From a phage, in the NCBI GenBank assembly GCA_025832235.1, contig GCA_025832235.1_3649.1: DNA of 64,000 bases. The stretch is one strand, 5' to 3'. Below the pieces are notes generated by a model. The model did not search any database. It saw nothing but the letters and a program-made list of their open reading frames with translations, and was not told the DNA's origin. The translations under genes and the position numbers were made by a program. This document shows positions 44,990 through 54,719 of this stretch, one piece after another. How positions within the stretch are numbered: position 1 is the stretch's first letter; each line of letters opens with the position of its first letter.

Positions 44990-46174
44990 TTAAGCTTTAG
45001 CTAAAATGGCGCTAAACTCTTCACCAAACTCTTTTACAATCTTCATCAGGTTTGGGTACGCTTTGATCAGTTGAGCAACGATCTTGTCACGCCCTTTACC
45101 GATAAGCAAGGCATTTCCTAAGGCGTTAGGTTTCATCATCGCCATAAAGACTGAGAATACAAAATCTCGGTTCTCGTCCTTGAAATTTTCCCAAAGGAAA
45201 TCGAGGAAGTTTGCCACACAGCTAACAAGATCTTCGTCAGAGATACTTGCATTTTCCATCATATTACGAATAGCGATACAACCTTCAGATCCAAGAATCC
45301 ACAAGATGTCTGGCTGCTTAGGCCCTACGTATTCTTTGCAACCCCCTGCCATAATCCGACCGATTTCCGGTAAATTGCGTTTCTTGGTGTGGTAGGTCCA
45401 GATCTCTACCGCTGCAGTGTGACCAATAGCACCTTGCAGAAGAACACGGGCCATAGCGTCAGAAATAATACCGCTGTCAAAATCGTGCAGGATATCAGAT
45501 GCAGCAACCCAAGATCGCGGTGTGGCAAAAGATGGGCAATTAATTTCAGCCATAGCCTCATAATTATCAATAGCTGATGGAACTCTTTTCAGATACCCAA
45601 TTACAGAGGAGTGAACCCCGTTGAGGAATGCGTAGTCCTCAATAAACACCTCTGCATTGCTTGTAACCTCTACAATGATAAAACGGTTAGCCAGAGGGGC
45701 TTCGAGCGCCGAAAGAACCGCACCATCTGTAGAACGGTTACCCGCAGCCACAAAAACAGAACCCTTAGGGAATGCATAGGTGCCGCACTTGTGGTCAAGC
45801 ATAATTTGCATTGCAACCTTTTGCAGGTAGTTATCTGCATGAGTGAGCTCATCCAGAAAGATAATTCCGCTCCAGTCAGGATCCGCAGGCCAAAATTCTG
45901 GAATTGCAAACACTGTACGTGTAGTTCCATCCGCTTCTACAGGGATAGGTAGCCCAGATAAGTCGGCAGGATCTTTATCTGACAGTCGCACGTCAACAAG
46001 GTTGTCATCTCGCTCACCGAACATATTATCAGCGATCTGCTTCATCACCTGGCTTTTACCCACACCCATTGGTCCCAAAATTAGGACAGATCGGCTATGA
46101 CGTTGGGCAAACTGAATAATAGCTGGCAACTCACGGACAGTGATTTGACCACTTTCGAATACGTTTCTTGACAT
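44990..46174 (-). CDS. AAA+ ATPase (MoxR/AAA_5-like)
   Basis: Walker A LILGPMGVGKSQ; Walker B IIFLDELTHA; 394 aa. Confidence 0.6.
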   Translation of the reverse strand: MSRNVFESGQITVRELPAIIQFAQRHSRSVLILGPMGVGKSQVMKQIADNMFGERDDNLVDVRLSDKDPADLSGLPIPVEADGTTRTVFAIPEFWPADPDWSGIIFLDELTHADNYLQKVAMQIMLDHKCGTYAFPKGSVFVAAGNRSTDGAVLSALEAPLANRFIIVEVTSNAEVFIEDYAFLNGVHSSVIGYLKRVPSAIDNYEAMAEINCPSFATPRSWVAASDILHDFDSGIISDAMARVLLQGAIGHTAAVEIWTYHTKKRNLPEIGRIMAGGCKEYVGPKQPDILWILGSEGCIAIRNMMENASISDEDLVSCVANFLDFLWENFKDENRDFVFSVFMAMMKPNALGNALLIGKGRDKIVAQLIKAYPNLMKIVKEFGEEFSAILAKA

Positions 46175-46443
46175 TAGTAAAAGTCCTCTACTTGTGTGTA
46201 AGTGTTTTCAAAGTTTTCCAAAACAGATATCACATCGGATCTGTCAATATTATACGTGACTTTCCAGTTGAACGCAACCCTTTCTGCTGTTGCCTCTTCT
46301 GGCGCTAGTCGTCTGCTGGCATAAAAGAGTGTTGGAGTACACTTTCTTGCTTGCCCTCTAACTTTCCCATAATAATATCTGTGAATATCTTTGTCAAAAT
46401 TTAACTCTTTTTCTGCACGAAGTTCATATTGCTGGTATAACAT
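46174..46443 (-). CDS. hypothetical protein
   Basis: ORF track; ATGA-type coupling with upstream gene. Confidence 0.55.
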   Translation of the reverse strand: MLYQQYELRAEKELNFDKDIHRYYYGKVRGQARKCTPTLFYASRRLAPEEATAERVAFNWKVTYNIDRSDVISVLENFENTYTQVEDFY

Positions 46444-46487
46444 CTCTACTACTCCTTAAGCAGCATCCTTGCCGCCATTCCTGCCCA

Positions 46488-46868
46488 CTAGAATGCAGTC
46501 CGAATCCAGACAAGGTTCTTATCTGCCCAATCATAGAGGCAAGTCATTGCACTATTGAATTGCTCACACGGAGGATAATCTTCTTCCATCTGGCGCATAG
46601 CAGAGCCTTGTGGGTAAAGCTCCCGTGCTGCAAACCACGCATCGTAGTCATCCACGGTATCGAAGTAGTATACAACATCCTCCAACTCAGGATCGAACTT
46701 TGAACTATCAGGATCCAGTTGTTCAGGGAACTTGGAGCGTAACTTACCAGCCACAATACTTGCCAACTCGCTAACATGCTTATTGTCCCACTCCACTAGC
46801 TTCCCGTCTTCAGTGATGCGTCCTAACCACTGATCATGCAGGTCAACTGTTGTCTTCCACCGGGCCAT
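46488..46868 (-). CDS. hypothetical protein
   Basis: ORF track. Confidence 0.55.
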   Translation of the reverse strand: MARWKTTVDLHDQWLGRITEDGKLVEWDNKHVSELASIVAGKLRSKFPEQLDPDSSKFDPELEDVVYYFDTVDDYDAWFAARELYPQGSAMRQMEEDYPPCEQFNSAMTCLYDWADKNLVWIRTAF

Positions 46869-46870
46869 TA

Positions 46871-47128
46871 TCAGTCCACCTCTTCTTCTCGTTGTAGTTC
46901 AAGATACCCGTAGGTCTGGATATCTTCAAGAGTGTGGAACTCCCCATCTGCCGCTAAGGCACGAACAACTTGGCACAAAACCTTATGAGGAACTTCATCC
47001 AGACCCATATTCAGTGCAGGGAACACCTTATCTAAGTCAACAAAATAAATGAACTGTAGCTCACCAGCTTCAAAAGGTGTATCTTCAATAAACATCTTCT
47101 CGGCATTGGTCAAGATCTGCACTTTCAT
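46871..47128 (-). CDS. hypothetical protein
   Basis: ORF track. Confidence 0.55.
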   Translation of the reverse strand: MKVQILTNAEKMFIEDTPFEAGELQFIYFVDLDKVFPALNMGLDEVPHKVLCQVVRALAADGEFHTLEDIQTYGYLELQREEEVD

Positions 47129-47505
47129 TATTCTACCTCCTCTTCTTTTTCTTCGGCATTAGTTTCAGAGCTACCCCACTCTGGAGTTTCCACCTCGATA
47201 GTGAACTCACGCACTACACGGTAATTGCCCATGAAGCGCTCCACTTCGTCAAGGTTTATGGAGAGGCCATTGGCAACCAGGTCTGCAGCACCCTCTTCTA
47301 CCAGGTAGTCCAGATTGGCTTCCAAAGCTTCAGGCTCAAACCCTGTCAATGCAATCAGATAACCTTTCCCTTCATCAGGGAGGACAATACAGCCCAACTG
47401 ATTTTCTTTAAAAAGACAGTGACCATCATTATTGATTGGGTGTTCATTGCAGTAAATAGCTGCACGATAAGTAACTTTAGACATCGGTAAGGCCTCCTTA
47501 GGCAA
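47128..47505 (-). CDS. hypothetical protein
   Basis: ORF track. Confidence 0.55.
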   Translation of the reverse strand: MPKEALPMSKVTYRAAIYCNEHPINNDGHCLFKENQLGCIVLPDEGKGYLIALTGFEPEALEANLDYLVEEGAADLVANGLSINLDEVERFMGNYRVVREFTIEVETPEWGSSETNAEEKEEEVE

Positions 47506-47776
47506 TTGTCATTTTACATTCTTGAAATTTTAACACAAGACGGTGATTGTGTCTAGTGTCTAAAAAGATTTTTTCAACCATCAGGCACACGGTATAACCG
47601 TCCATCTTGTTAACAACAAAATCTCCAGGGTGAGGGAGGATGTCTCCCGGGTTGGGGAAACATAGTCCGCTCAAGAAGGCATCGTCGGTGGTAGACTTAA
47701 TAGATTTCCACACGCTATCTGCCTGAACATTCTCACCCACATAGTATACGCTACCACATGTCTTCATCATAGTCAA
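47498..47776 (-). CDS. hypothetical protein
   Basis: ORF track. Confidence 0.55.
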   Translation of the reverse strand: MTMMKTCGSVYYVGENVQADSVWKSIKSTTDDAFLSGLCFPNPGDILPHPGDFVVNKMDGYTVCLMVEKIFLDTRHNHRLVLKFQECKMTIA

Positions 47777-48672
47777 ATCTCCGCGTAAATTAAACTGGAA
47801 TCAGTATACTTCTTTAATGGGTAAATATCCTGTCCATAGATGCAGTCATTAAACACCTCATCTACCCAAAGGCTACACTTATATCCCATCATTTCTAAAA
47901 CGCCCATCTCTTCTTCGGTGAACTTATCACCGCTCTTGCAAGATGTCAATACCTCATTCTGTACTCTTGCTACCTCGAAGCGGTTATTGGCAATATCACT
48001 ATTGGCAATCAAATACTCACCTAAAGGGTGTGCAGCATTAAAGATGCACAGTGGACGGTTGACGTAATAGTCTCCCGGTGTATAAAAATTGTTGAGATCC
48101 TTCACCAGAACATTCTTATCAGTCACTTCATTTATAACATCATGCATATCACACATCTTTATATGTTTGAGGATTCCATCCCCCATCACAAAATAAAAAC
48201 TTGCTGAGACACTCTCGGCATAGATCTTACTAGATCCGTTGTAGTTGTATTTTACGCGAATGCTTACAGGGGTTTTGCCTGTCGCGTTAGCCATCATCCA
48301 AAGGAACGGAAGTTCAAACCTCTCCTCTGAGGAAACAAAAGGTGAAGTTGCCAGAGATCGGAAACCTCCAGAAAAGTTGAAAGTTACAGAGCCGCTCCGG
48401 CGATATGATACCGCATATTCTACTTTTATATCGACATAGCCGTTGGAGTAAGTGTGGCCTCCATTATCCAGATATGTCCACTTATCAGATCCGGATACCA
48501 GCCTACGCTCAATAACCTTCATTACTATAGGAATTAGCGGGTTGGTACAAACCGATTTTGAAGTAGCTTTATCATCCAAAGCCTCGTAAATTGCAGAAAG
48601 GATATCACCTGCTGAGAGATTGGTTGTGATATCTTGTTTCCACCGAGTGCTAAAGCTGTTAAGATTTGCCAT
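47773..48672 (-). CDS. hypothetical protein (first gene of the leftward operon)
   Basis: ORF track 47773..48714; ATG 48672 follows CAGGAG and lies downstream of the predicted leftward promoter. Confidence 0.55.
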   Translation of the reverse strand: MANLNSFSTRWKQDITTNLSAGDILSAIYEALDDKATSKSVCTNPLIPIVMKVIERRLVSGSDKWTYLDNGGHTYSNGYVDIKVEYAVSYRRSGSVTFNFSGGFRSLATSPFVSSEERFELPFLWMMANATGKTPVSIRVKYNYNGSSKIYAESVSASFYFVMGDGILKHIKMCDMHDVINEVTDKNVLVKDLNNFYTPGDYYVNRPLCIFNAAHPLGEYLIANSDIANNRFEVARVQNEVLTSCKSGDKFTEEEMGVLEMMGYKCSLWVDEVFNDCIYGQDIYPLKKYTDSSLIYAEI

Positions 48673-48712
48673 GATTAAGTGCTCCTGTGTTCGTTTTCTT
48701 TCGAATGGGTGC

Positions 48713-48741
48713 ACTATATCGTAGATTTATAGTAAAGTCAA
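48713..48741 (-). promoter_or_regulatory. leftward sigma70-like promoter (TTGACT-N17-TATAGT)
   Basis: Plus-strand AGTCAA 48736-48741 and ACTATA 48713-48718; -35 lies in one arm of palindrome GTCAAC-N11-GTTGAC. Confidence 0.5.
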
Positions 48742-48754
48742 CACGTTTTTGAGG

Positions 48755-48783
48755 TTGACATCTGTCGAGGCACTTGATAAGAT
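48755..48783 (+). promoter_or_regulatory. rightward sigma70-like promoter (TTGACA-N17-TAAGAT)
   Basis: TTGACA 48755-48760 in the other palindrome arm; TAAGAT 48778-48783. Confidence 0.5.
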
Positions 48784-48814
48784 TTCTTCACCTACAGAGC
48801 ACGAGAGACAACTC

Positions 48815-49795
48815 ATGAATCTTGAAAAATATTATACACCAGAAGAGTTAGAGCGCCTGCTCAAAAAATACAGACGCAAACAAAATAATGCACGGAAACG
48901 AGATATAGAGTTCAACCTGTCATGGGAAGAATACCTCCTATTTGGTAAAAAACTTTTAGGAGAGGGGGTATGCGACTATACCCTTATACCTTTCGACATG
49001 CACACAGATGAAAACGGGCTGGGGAATCCTTTCTACCCATCTCTGGAGCGGATAGATGATGAAGGTCCTTACGCAATTGACAATTGTTGTGTGGTAGGGT
49101 TGAGGTGCAACGCTCTGAAAGACTGTCTGGTAGATAAAAAGACTGCAATATTGATAAAAGACAAAACTGATCGAAAAATTGTCCAGCAGATGATGCTTCA
49201 CCTGAGCGAAGAGCGTATGGAGAAATTGAAAGGTGATTATACTTTTGAAGATTTCATCTTGCAATACGGGACAGAAGAAGATAAACTAGCACTTTTTGAC
49301 GAAGAGGAAGAAGATATGTCACCAATGCAGGACTTTAAAAATTTCATGGCTGATCGTGCAGCCAACAAACACATTTCAGACATCGTAAACGAAACTGTGA
49401 CAGAAGAAATTGGAGAACAGAACTCTGAAGAGGAAAAAGAGCCTCAGGAGGTCGAAGAGGAGATTGCAGAAGAGGTTCCTGCACTGCCTGACGATGTTGA
49501 GATTGCCAAAGCTTACACTTTCTATTGCCAGACGTTCTACGATGCAGGTATGAAAGTTGATCTGTCATTCAGCCAGTTTAAGAGCACATACATTCGAAAA
49601 TGTTGTGCTTTAACTGGTGAACGTCTCGGTGCCGGACTTAAACCCCTATTAGTTACCGACTGGAACAAAGGTTTCACCAAAGGTAACTTCATGGTAGTAT
49701 CTCCAATCATGGAGAAGGCTATGACAGACCTTATGAAGACCACTCGCATGACAATGACCGAGTTGGCTGGTATTTTCAAGCACGTTAAACAATGA
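48815..49795 (+). CDS. hypothetical protein with HNH-like motif and acidic linker
   Basis: ORF track 48749..49795; ATG 48815 is downstream of promoter; PSLERIDDEGPYAIDNCCVVGLRCNALK shares motif with 25892..26470. Confidence 0.45.
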   Translation: MNLEKYYTPEELERLLKKYRRKQNNARKRDIEFNLSWEEYLLFGKKLLGEGVCDYTLIPFDMHTDENGLGNPFYPSLERIDDEGPYAIDNCCVVGLRCNALKDCLVDKKTAILIKDKTDRKIVQQMMLHLSEERMEKLKGDYTFEDFILQYGTEEDKLALFDEEEEDMSPMQDFKNFMADRAANKHISDIVNETVTEEIGEQNSEEEKEPQEVEEEIAEEVPALPDDVEIAKAYTFYCQTFYDAGMKVDLSFSQFKSTYIRKCCALTGERLGAGLKPLLVTDWNKGFTKGNFMVVSPIMEKAMTDLMKTTRMTMTELAGIFKHVKQ

Positions 49796-49804
49796 CAGGG
49801 GCCA

Positions 49805-51286
49805 ATGGCCCCTTCTGGAGTTTTAATGGATAGCAGAAGTTCAGAAATCATTACCGCACAAAAAGATGATGCCTTGCGAATGCTGCAGGCCGCTCGCATG
49901 TACCTTCTTGAAAAGCTGCCGTTTTATGGCACACTGTTGTCAGGGTTGCAGTTCGTAGAAAACCACACATGGTGCTCCACCATGGCAACAGACCATAAAC
50001 GCATCTACTACAGCCCTGAGTTCATTATGGGGTTGGCAGATGAGCGTAAAACCATTCTTAAAGCATCTCTGACTGACAAGCAGTTTGAGATGGCTGAGGT
50101 TTTCTATTCCCCAAAATCTGTGAAAGAGGTGGCCTTTCTTCTGTCACATGAGGTGGGGCATATTATCTGTGATCATCTGGTCCGTGGTAAAAGCTTTGAG
50201 CCGGAACTGTTCAATATTGCTTGTGATCACGTTATCAACACAGGTCTTGTGGTTGACTTTAGCAAGCCTCCTTGTGTTTTCTTCCCGAAGGGGAAAAGCA
50301 CTGAGTTCGTAAAAGGTAAGCCTTTTGGCTTCTTAGCTAATTGCTACTGCGACATGAGGTTTCATGGATGGATTGCTGAGAACGTCTATGCAGTTCTTGA
50401 TAAACAAAGAGATCAGAATGGCGGTAAAAGTAAGAACGGTAAAGGTGAGAACTCCCAAGGAGATAAACGACAAACCGATGATCACATGAGCGGGAACGGT
50501 GGCACTAGTGATGATCTTGGAAAGGCTATGGGGTATGATCAGCCGCAACCAGTAATCAGTCAATCTGACAAAGATCAGGCCATGCAGGACTCTGGTGACA
50601 TGTTGGAAGCAGCAATGCAAGCTTCAGGAGGTCGTTGCCCCGAGGCGGTGCGCGAGTTTGTCAAAAACAGAGGCAAGCCTGTAATCAATTATATAGATAT
50701 TATTAAGCAACGTATGTTATCTAAAAGAAAGGCTGAGTTAACCTACAGAAAACCTGGTCGCCGATCTGGGTCTTTGACCACCACAATGCGAAAAGTTGGA
50801 GCTATAAACAAGAATCAACACGTTATTGTTCCTGGTCGTAATCCGGAAAACACTATAGATATTGTAGTGGCTTTAGACGTTTCTGGGTCGATCTCACAAA
50901 GAACTTTAAAGAAAATGTTCAATGAGATCACCGGGTTGTGCAATTTGTATAAAGAGTTTAAGGTTACTATGTTCTGTTGGTCAACGGAGGTTGGAGAGGT
51001 TAAAGTATACACTCGCGGTAACATCGATGAGATGATTAACTATGAGGTCCACTCAACATGGGGCACAACAGCCGCCTGCGTGTTCGAGTATCTGGATGCT
51101 AACATACCGAATGCAAAAGATGTCATCGTCCTTACCGACCTCTACTTTGAGCATAACTTTGAACAAAAGGCTGTTGACAACAAGTGGAAAAAGTACGATA
51201 CTTTATGGGTTCTCACCGAAGGGTATAATAAAAATTATATCCCGAGCTTTGGGAAAACTGTGGAATTAATCGAGTACGCTAAGTAA
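49805..51286 (+). CDS. VWA-domain protein with N-terminal zinc-metallopeptidase-like HExxH motif
   Basis: SHEVGHIICDH (HExxH); VWA MIDAS-like IVVALDVSGSIS; 493 aa. Confidence 0.6.
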   Translation: MAPSGVLMDSRSSEIITAQKDDALRMLQAARMYLLEKLPFYGTLLSGLQFVENHTWCSTMATDHKRIYYSPEFIMGLADERKTILKASLTDKQFEMAEVFYSPKSVKEVAFLLSHEVGHIICDHLVRGKSFEPELFNIACDHVINTGLVVDFSKPPCVFFPKGKSTEFVKGKPFGFLANCYCDMRFHGWIAENVYAVLDKQRDQNGGKSKNGKGENSQGDKRQTDDHMSGNGGTSDDLGKAMGYDQPQPVISQSDKDQAMQDSGDMLEAAMQASGGRCPEAVREFVKNRGKPVINYIDIIKQRMLSKRKAELTYRKPGRRSGSLTTTMRKVGAINKNQHVIVPGRNPENTIDIVVALDVSGSISQRTLKKMFNEITGLCNLYKEFKVTMFCWSTEVGEVKVYTRGNIDEMINYEVHSTWGTTAACVFEYLDANIPNAKDVIVLTDLYFEHNFEQKAVDNKWKKYDTLWVLTEGYNKNYIPSFGKTVELIEYAK

Positions 51287-51292
51287 GAGAGG

Positions 51293-51559
51293 GTGGTATT
51301 TATGGCAACAGAGGTAGTAATTAAAGCTGAACGCCCAGTTAAAAAAGCTATCAACACGTTCCCTGTAGGAACCATTGTGAGCATGATTACAGAGTCAGGC
51401 CGTGTATCTACACTGCTAATCGTGAAATCTGCATGCTCATCTTGTGTGTGGGCATACGATCTTGACGAGAAAGAACTGAAAGATTTTGTTGGGGAGCTGA
51501 AAGCAACAGAGCTTGACGCTCGTATCGAAGTATTTGGTGAAACTATGAAGGAAGAGTAA
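51293..51559 (+). CDS. hypothetical protein
   Basis: ORF track; SD GAGAGGGTGG. Confidence 0.55.
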   Translation: MVFMATEVVIKAERPVKKAINTFPVGTIVSMITESGRVSTLLIVKSACSSCVWAYDLDEKELKDFVGELKATELDARIEVFGETMKEE

Positions 51560-51822
51560 TGACTACAAAAATCACTATTGCAGAACCAAAAGCTAACACG
51601 CAACCTATCGAAAAGTTTAAATGCGGTGAGGTGGTAACATTCACACCGGATAATGAAGATGCTAAGATTTTTGCCATGGTCACAGCCGAGTGGATGTGTG
51701 ACAATACCACACAGGTGCTGCGTTTTGACACCTATCTTACAGATGAAATCAGGAACGACAAGATCGTGACTGGTGTGGATACTGAGATTATTTTCTACAA
51801 GAGCTTTTTAGAGGGTTTCTGA
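51559..51822 (+). CDS. hypothetical protein
   Basis: ORF track. Confidence 0.55.
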   Translation: MTTKITIAEPKANTQPIEKFKCGEVVTFTPDNEDAKIFAMVTAEWMCDNTTQVLRFDTYLTDEIRNDKIVTGVDTEIIFYKSFLEGF

Positions 51823-51823
51823 T

Positions 51824-52057
51824 ATGGCAAAAATTCGTAAATTATCCAGCAATCAGGTTGTGAAAGACTTTGAATCTGGAGAGATTTTGTATGTTCGTGA
51901 TGCAGATGAGGAAGGTGAAGATCTTGTTATGCTGGTAGGGCACGCTGAAGACGGATGCATACAGGCTGTTTTTCTTGAAACAGCTATGGTGCACTGGATA
52001 GAGCTGGACCTGAAAGCACGAAAACCTAAAGCAGAGATCCTGATTTACGAAGATTAA
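51824..52057 (+). CDS. hypothetical protein
   Basis: ORF track. Confidence 0.55.
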   Translation: MAKIRKLSSNQVVKDFESGEILYVRDADEEGEDLVMLVGHAEDGCIQAVFLETAMVHWIELDLKARKPKAEILIYED

Positions 52058-52073
52058 CAAAAAGGAGATAGCC

Positions 52074-52523
52074 GTGTTGAGCAAGCGTGAATGCGACAGC
52101 ATTAGCCGGAATTCTTATAAGAAACAATGGTTTGGGGTAGAAGTTTGCCGACTGCGGCTAGGCTCCTACCTGAACTTCGTTTATTATGAGAGCGATAGTC
52201 GTATCGTTTCTTATGAAGTGTTCTACACTAAGAACACCTTCGAACTGCGCCGTAAAGTGGAGGGTGGGAGAACTACCCCCCAGAATAATTGGGAAACTAT
52301 CCTACCTACAGATGTTATAGGAAGTCCCCTGAATGTATCTGAAGATGAAAATCTTATGGTTCATGCTATGATGGGACTTGACAGCTTAGAGCTGGCGATC
52401 TATGATATGTCCATCGAAGCAGTTAAGCTGGACTACATCGAAAACACTTTAGAGGAAGGTATCAAGAGGTTTCTCAGTGAGAAATTAAAAGACCACTTTC
52501 ATAAGGAGCTATACCTGTTATGA
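52074..52523 (+). CDS. hypothetical protein
   Basis: ORF track; SD AAAGGAGA upstream. Confidence 0.5.
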   Translation: MLSKRECDSISRNSYKKQWFGVEVCRLRLGSYLNFVYYESDSRIVSYEVFYTKNTFELRRKVEGGRTTPQNNWETILPTDVIGSPLNVSEDENLMVHAMMGLDSLELAIYDMSIEAVKLDYIENTLEEGIKRFLSEKLKDHFHKELYLL

Positions 52524-52765
52524 AGACCCGTAAAGAACGTAACAAAATTTTACCTGGAGCTCTAGAACACCTGATGAAGTGCAGATCTATCTGGCACTCT
52601 GCCAAGGAAGGGCAGAAGGTGGTTGTGGTTAGTGACAATACCAACCCGTTTGGAGATTATACCACCATGATGGCCCCATATGTCCGTGATGGCGTTGTGG
52701 AAGTGGTCCCTTACAACGGTCTGCATGAACGGCACTTTGAAAGCACTTTGCTAGTGGAGCTATAG
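52520..52765 (+). CDS. hypothetical protein
   Basis: ORF track. Confidence 0.55.
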   Translation: MKTRKERNKILPGALEHLMKCRSIWHSAKEGQKVVVVSDNTNPFGDYTTMMAPYVRDGVVEVVPYNGLHERHFESTLLVEL

Positions 52766-52767
52766 TC

Positions 52768-53334
52768 ATGGCGGTCAATGTGGCTTACAACACAGGAAAG
52801 CTTGACAGAGACATTGGGTGTCTTGTCCTTTCAGATACAGAAGAGTATTGGGGTTATGGGTTGCTGTCAGACCCACACCCGAGCAACCTTGTATCAACAG
52901 TGCTATACCGCTACGACCCTGTGCCAACGGTACACGACAAAGACATTCACGACCTTCGGATCAAGTGTCTGGAAGATCTGCTGAACAATGGTTGCAATGA
53001 TCTGAGGGTAGCCAAAGAGAAGCTTACAAACATTCACAAAGAGGAAGTGATGAGCACCCTCAGTAAGAGATCAGTGCACAAAAAGATGATGCTGAACTTT
53101 GCAATGGGTATCTACATGGACGGGTATAAGGGAGGTGATCCGATTCTCAAGCTTCGCTGCCCAACACTGTGGGAAAGGGTGGTTGACAGTAAGGACGGCA
53201 CTGCCCTGCTTGAGCTTCACACTGCAGGTTGGATATGGCGGTATGTTGATGGATACCCTCTATGGGCATGTGGGCCTGGGGAATTTGTTGACAGGCCTAG
53301 TGCGGTGGTGGACTTGCTATTGCAGTTTGAATAA
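52768..53334 (+). CDS. hypothetical protein
   Basis: ORF track. Confidence 0.55.
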   Translation: MAVNVAYNTGKLDRDIGCLVLSDTEEYWGYGLLSDPHPSNLVSTVLYRYDPVPTVHDKDIHDLRIKCLEDLLNNGCNDLRVAKEKLTNIHKEEVMSTLSKRSVHKKMMLNFAMGIYMDGYKGGDPILKLRCPTLWERVVDSKDGTALLELHTAGWIWRYVDGYPLWACGPGEFVDRPSAVVDLLLQFE

Positions 53335-53389
53335 AAGTGAGATATAAGGTGTTCATGCACCTACTAACAATACAACAAGAGAGACTGAG

Positions 53390-53665
53390 ATGACGAAAGA
53401 AGAAGCTGACGTATTAGACTTTGCACTGGAGGCTACGCAAGAGGCTCTGGTGTTAGCTTGGAAAATGAACCAGCGTGCTGCAGAATGCAACCGCCGAATC
53501 AATGAGATCCTGGGCATGTCTATGTATGATTTCACCATGCATGCTGGAGAGATTCCTGAATTAACTGCTGAGATGAATGATCTTGACGATAAAATTAATA
53601 TCATTCTGAAGACAGCAGAAACAACTCACCAAACCGCCCGTAAATTTATCAACGAGAAGGTGTGA
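53390..53665 (+). CDS. hypothetical protein
   Basis: ORF track. Confidence 0.55.
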   Translation: MTKEEADVLDFALEATQEALVLAWKMNQRAAECNRRINEILGMSMYDFTMHAGEIPELTAEMNDLDDKINIILKTAETTHQTARKFINEKV

Positions 53666-54132
53666 ATATGGACTACAGCTACTGCGGGGAAGAGGTCCCT
53701 TTTAACTACAGCAATCTTACCACAAGCAATCCATATGAGACACGCCACGGCACACACATCATTGCCATTGACTTTGATGGAACATTTAATGCGAGTCCTT
53801 TCATCTTCTCCCGCCTGATCAGGGACCTGAAGAAGGAGAGGTGGACAGTATACCTTGTGACTTTCCGATTCATTACTCAAGACAATGTGGACATTGAGTA
53901 TTGGCGCAAGGAGCTTGATGTTGGTGTGTTTTATACTGGAGGTATTCAGAAGGCAGCCTATCTGGCGCAGTTTGATATCTACCCAGATATTTGGATTGAT
54001 GATTCTCCGGCATGTATTCCGGCTAAAAATCAGTTAGAGTTTGCAATGAAGGAGATCGAGTATAAGTCTGAGGCTAAGCGGAACGGATGGCCTTTTATTA
54101 TTGAAGATTACCCAGATCCTGAACCGGAGTAA
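53662..54132 (+). CDS. HAD-superfamily phosphatase-like protein (possible nucleotidase)
   Basis: Motif I HIIAIDFDGTF (DxDGT) and motif IV-like IWIDDSP. Confidence 0.5.
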   Translation: MNMDYSYCGEEVPFNYSNLTTSNPYETRHGTHIIAIDFDGTFNASPFIFSRLIRDLKKERWTVYLVTFRFITQDNVDIEYWRKELDVGVFYTGGIQKAAYLAQFDIYPDIWIDDSPACIPAKNQLEFAMKEIEYKSEAKRNGWPFIIEDYPDPEPE

Positions 54133-54137
54133 GAGCC

Positions 54138-54308
54138 ATGAGGCGAAGATATCATTACCTGATGTGGAAGTTATATCATGGTGCTGCTAAAGCTTACCGC
54201 ACCGTGTTTAGTAATGACAATCACTGCATTATGTTACGCCTTGCCGCCATTGGACATCACAATGAGTGGATTCGTGCAATCGTAATAGGTGACAAAGATT
54301 TTAAGTAA
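54138..54308 (+). CDS. hypothetical small protein (56 aa)
   Basis: Hand-translated ORF below track cut-off; GGAG 8 nt upstream. Confidence 0.3.
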   Translation: MRRRYHYLMWKLYHGAAKAYRTVFSNDNHCIMLRLAAIGHHNEWIRAIVIGDKDFK

Positions 54309-54338
54309 AGTATTGCTTTCTAGATGGAGACTGATTAA

Positions 54339-54719
54339 ATGTGCAAGTGTAAATCCTATAATTGGAAAGTGAAAGGTGCCAAGCATCAAAATGTTATCGT
54401 TGATGTGCCTAAAAAGCTCCGTGACGGCAAAAAACATGTGTGCCTTGATAAGTGCATGGCTAAGCCTATCATGAGTCTATGGGCGGCAGGATTGAAAACT
54501 CTAAACTGCTGCTGTGGTCATAACAAAGATGTTCCAAGTATCATTATCCCAGAAGATGCAGACCCTAAAGCTTATGCCAAAATACTGACCCGCTACCCCA
54601 GCACCTTCCTGATCGGAAAATGGTGTCACGATGAACTTCAATGGTGGGTAGCATACGGTAGTATAGGTACTGCTTTTGGCTTTCCAGCCCTGTCAGAGCG
54701 CTACGTAAAAGTGTCATAA
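54339..54719 (+). CDS. hypothetical Cys-rich protein
   Basis: ORF track; CKCKSYNW...CLDKC...NCCCGHN. Confidence 0.55.
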   Translation: MCKCKSYNWKVKGAKHQNVIVDVPKKLRDGKKHVCLDKCMAKPIMSLWAAGLKTLNCCCGHNKDVPSIIIPEDADPKAYAKILTRYPSTFLIGKWCHDELQWWVAYGSIGTAFGFPALSERYVKVS

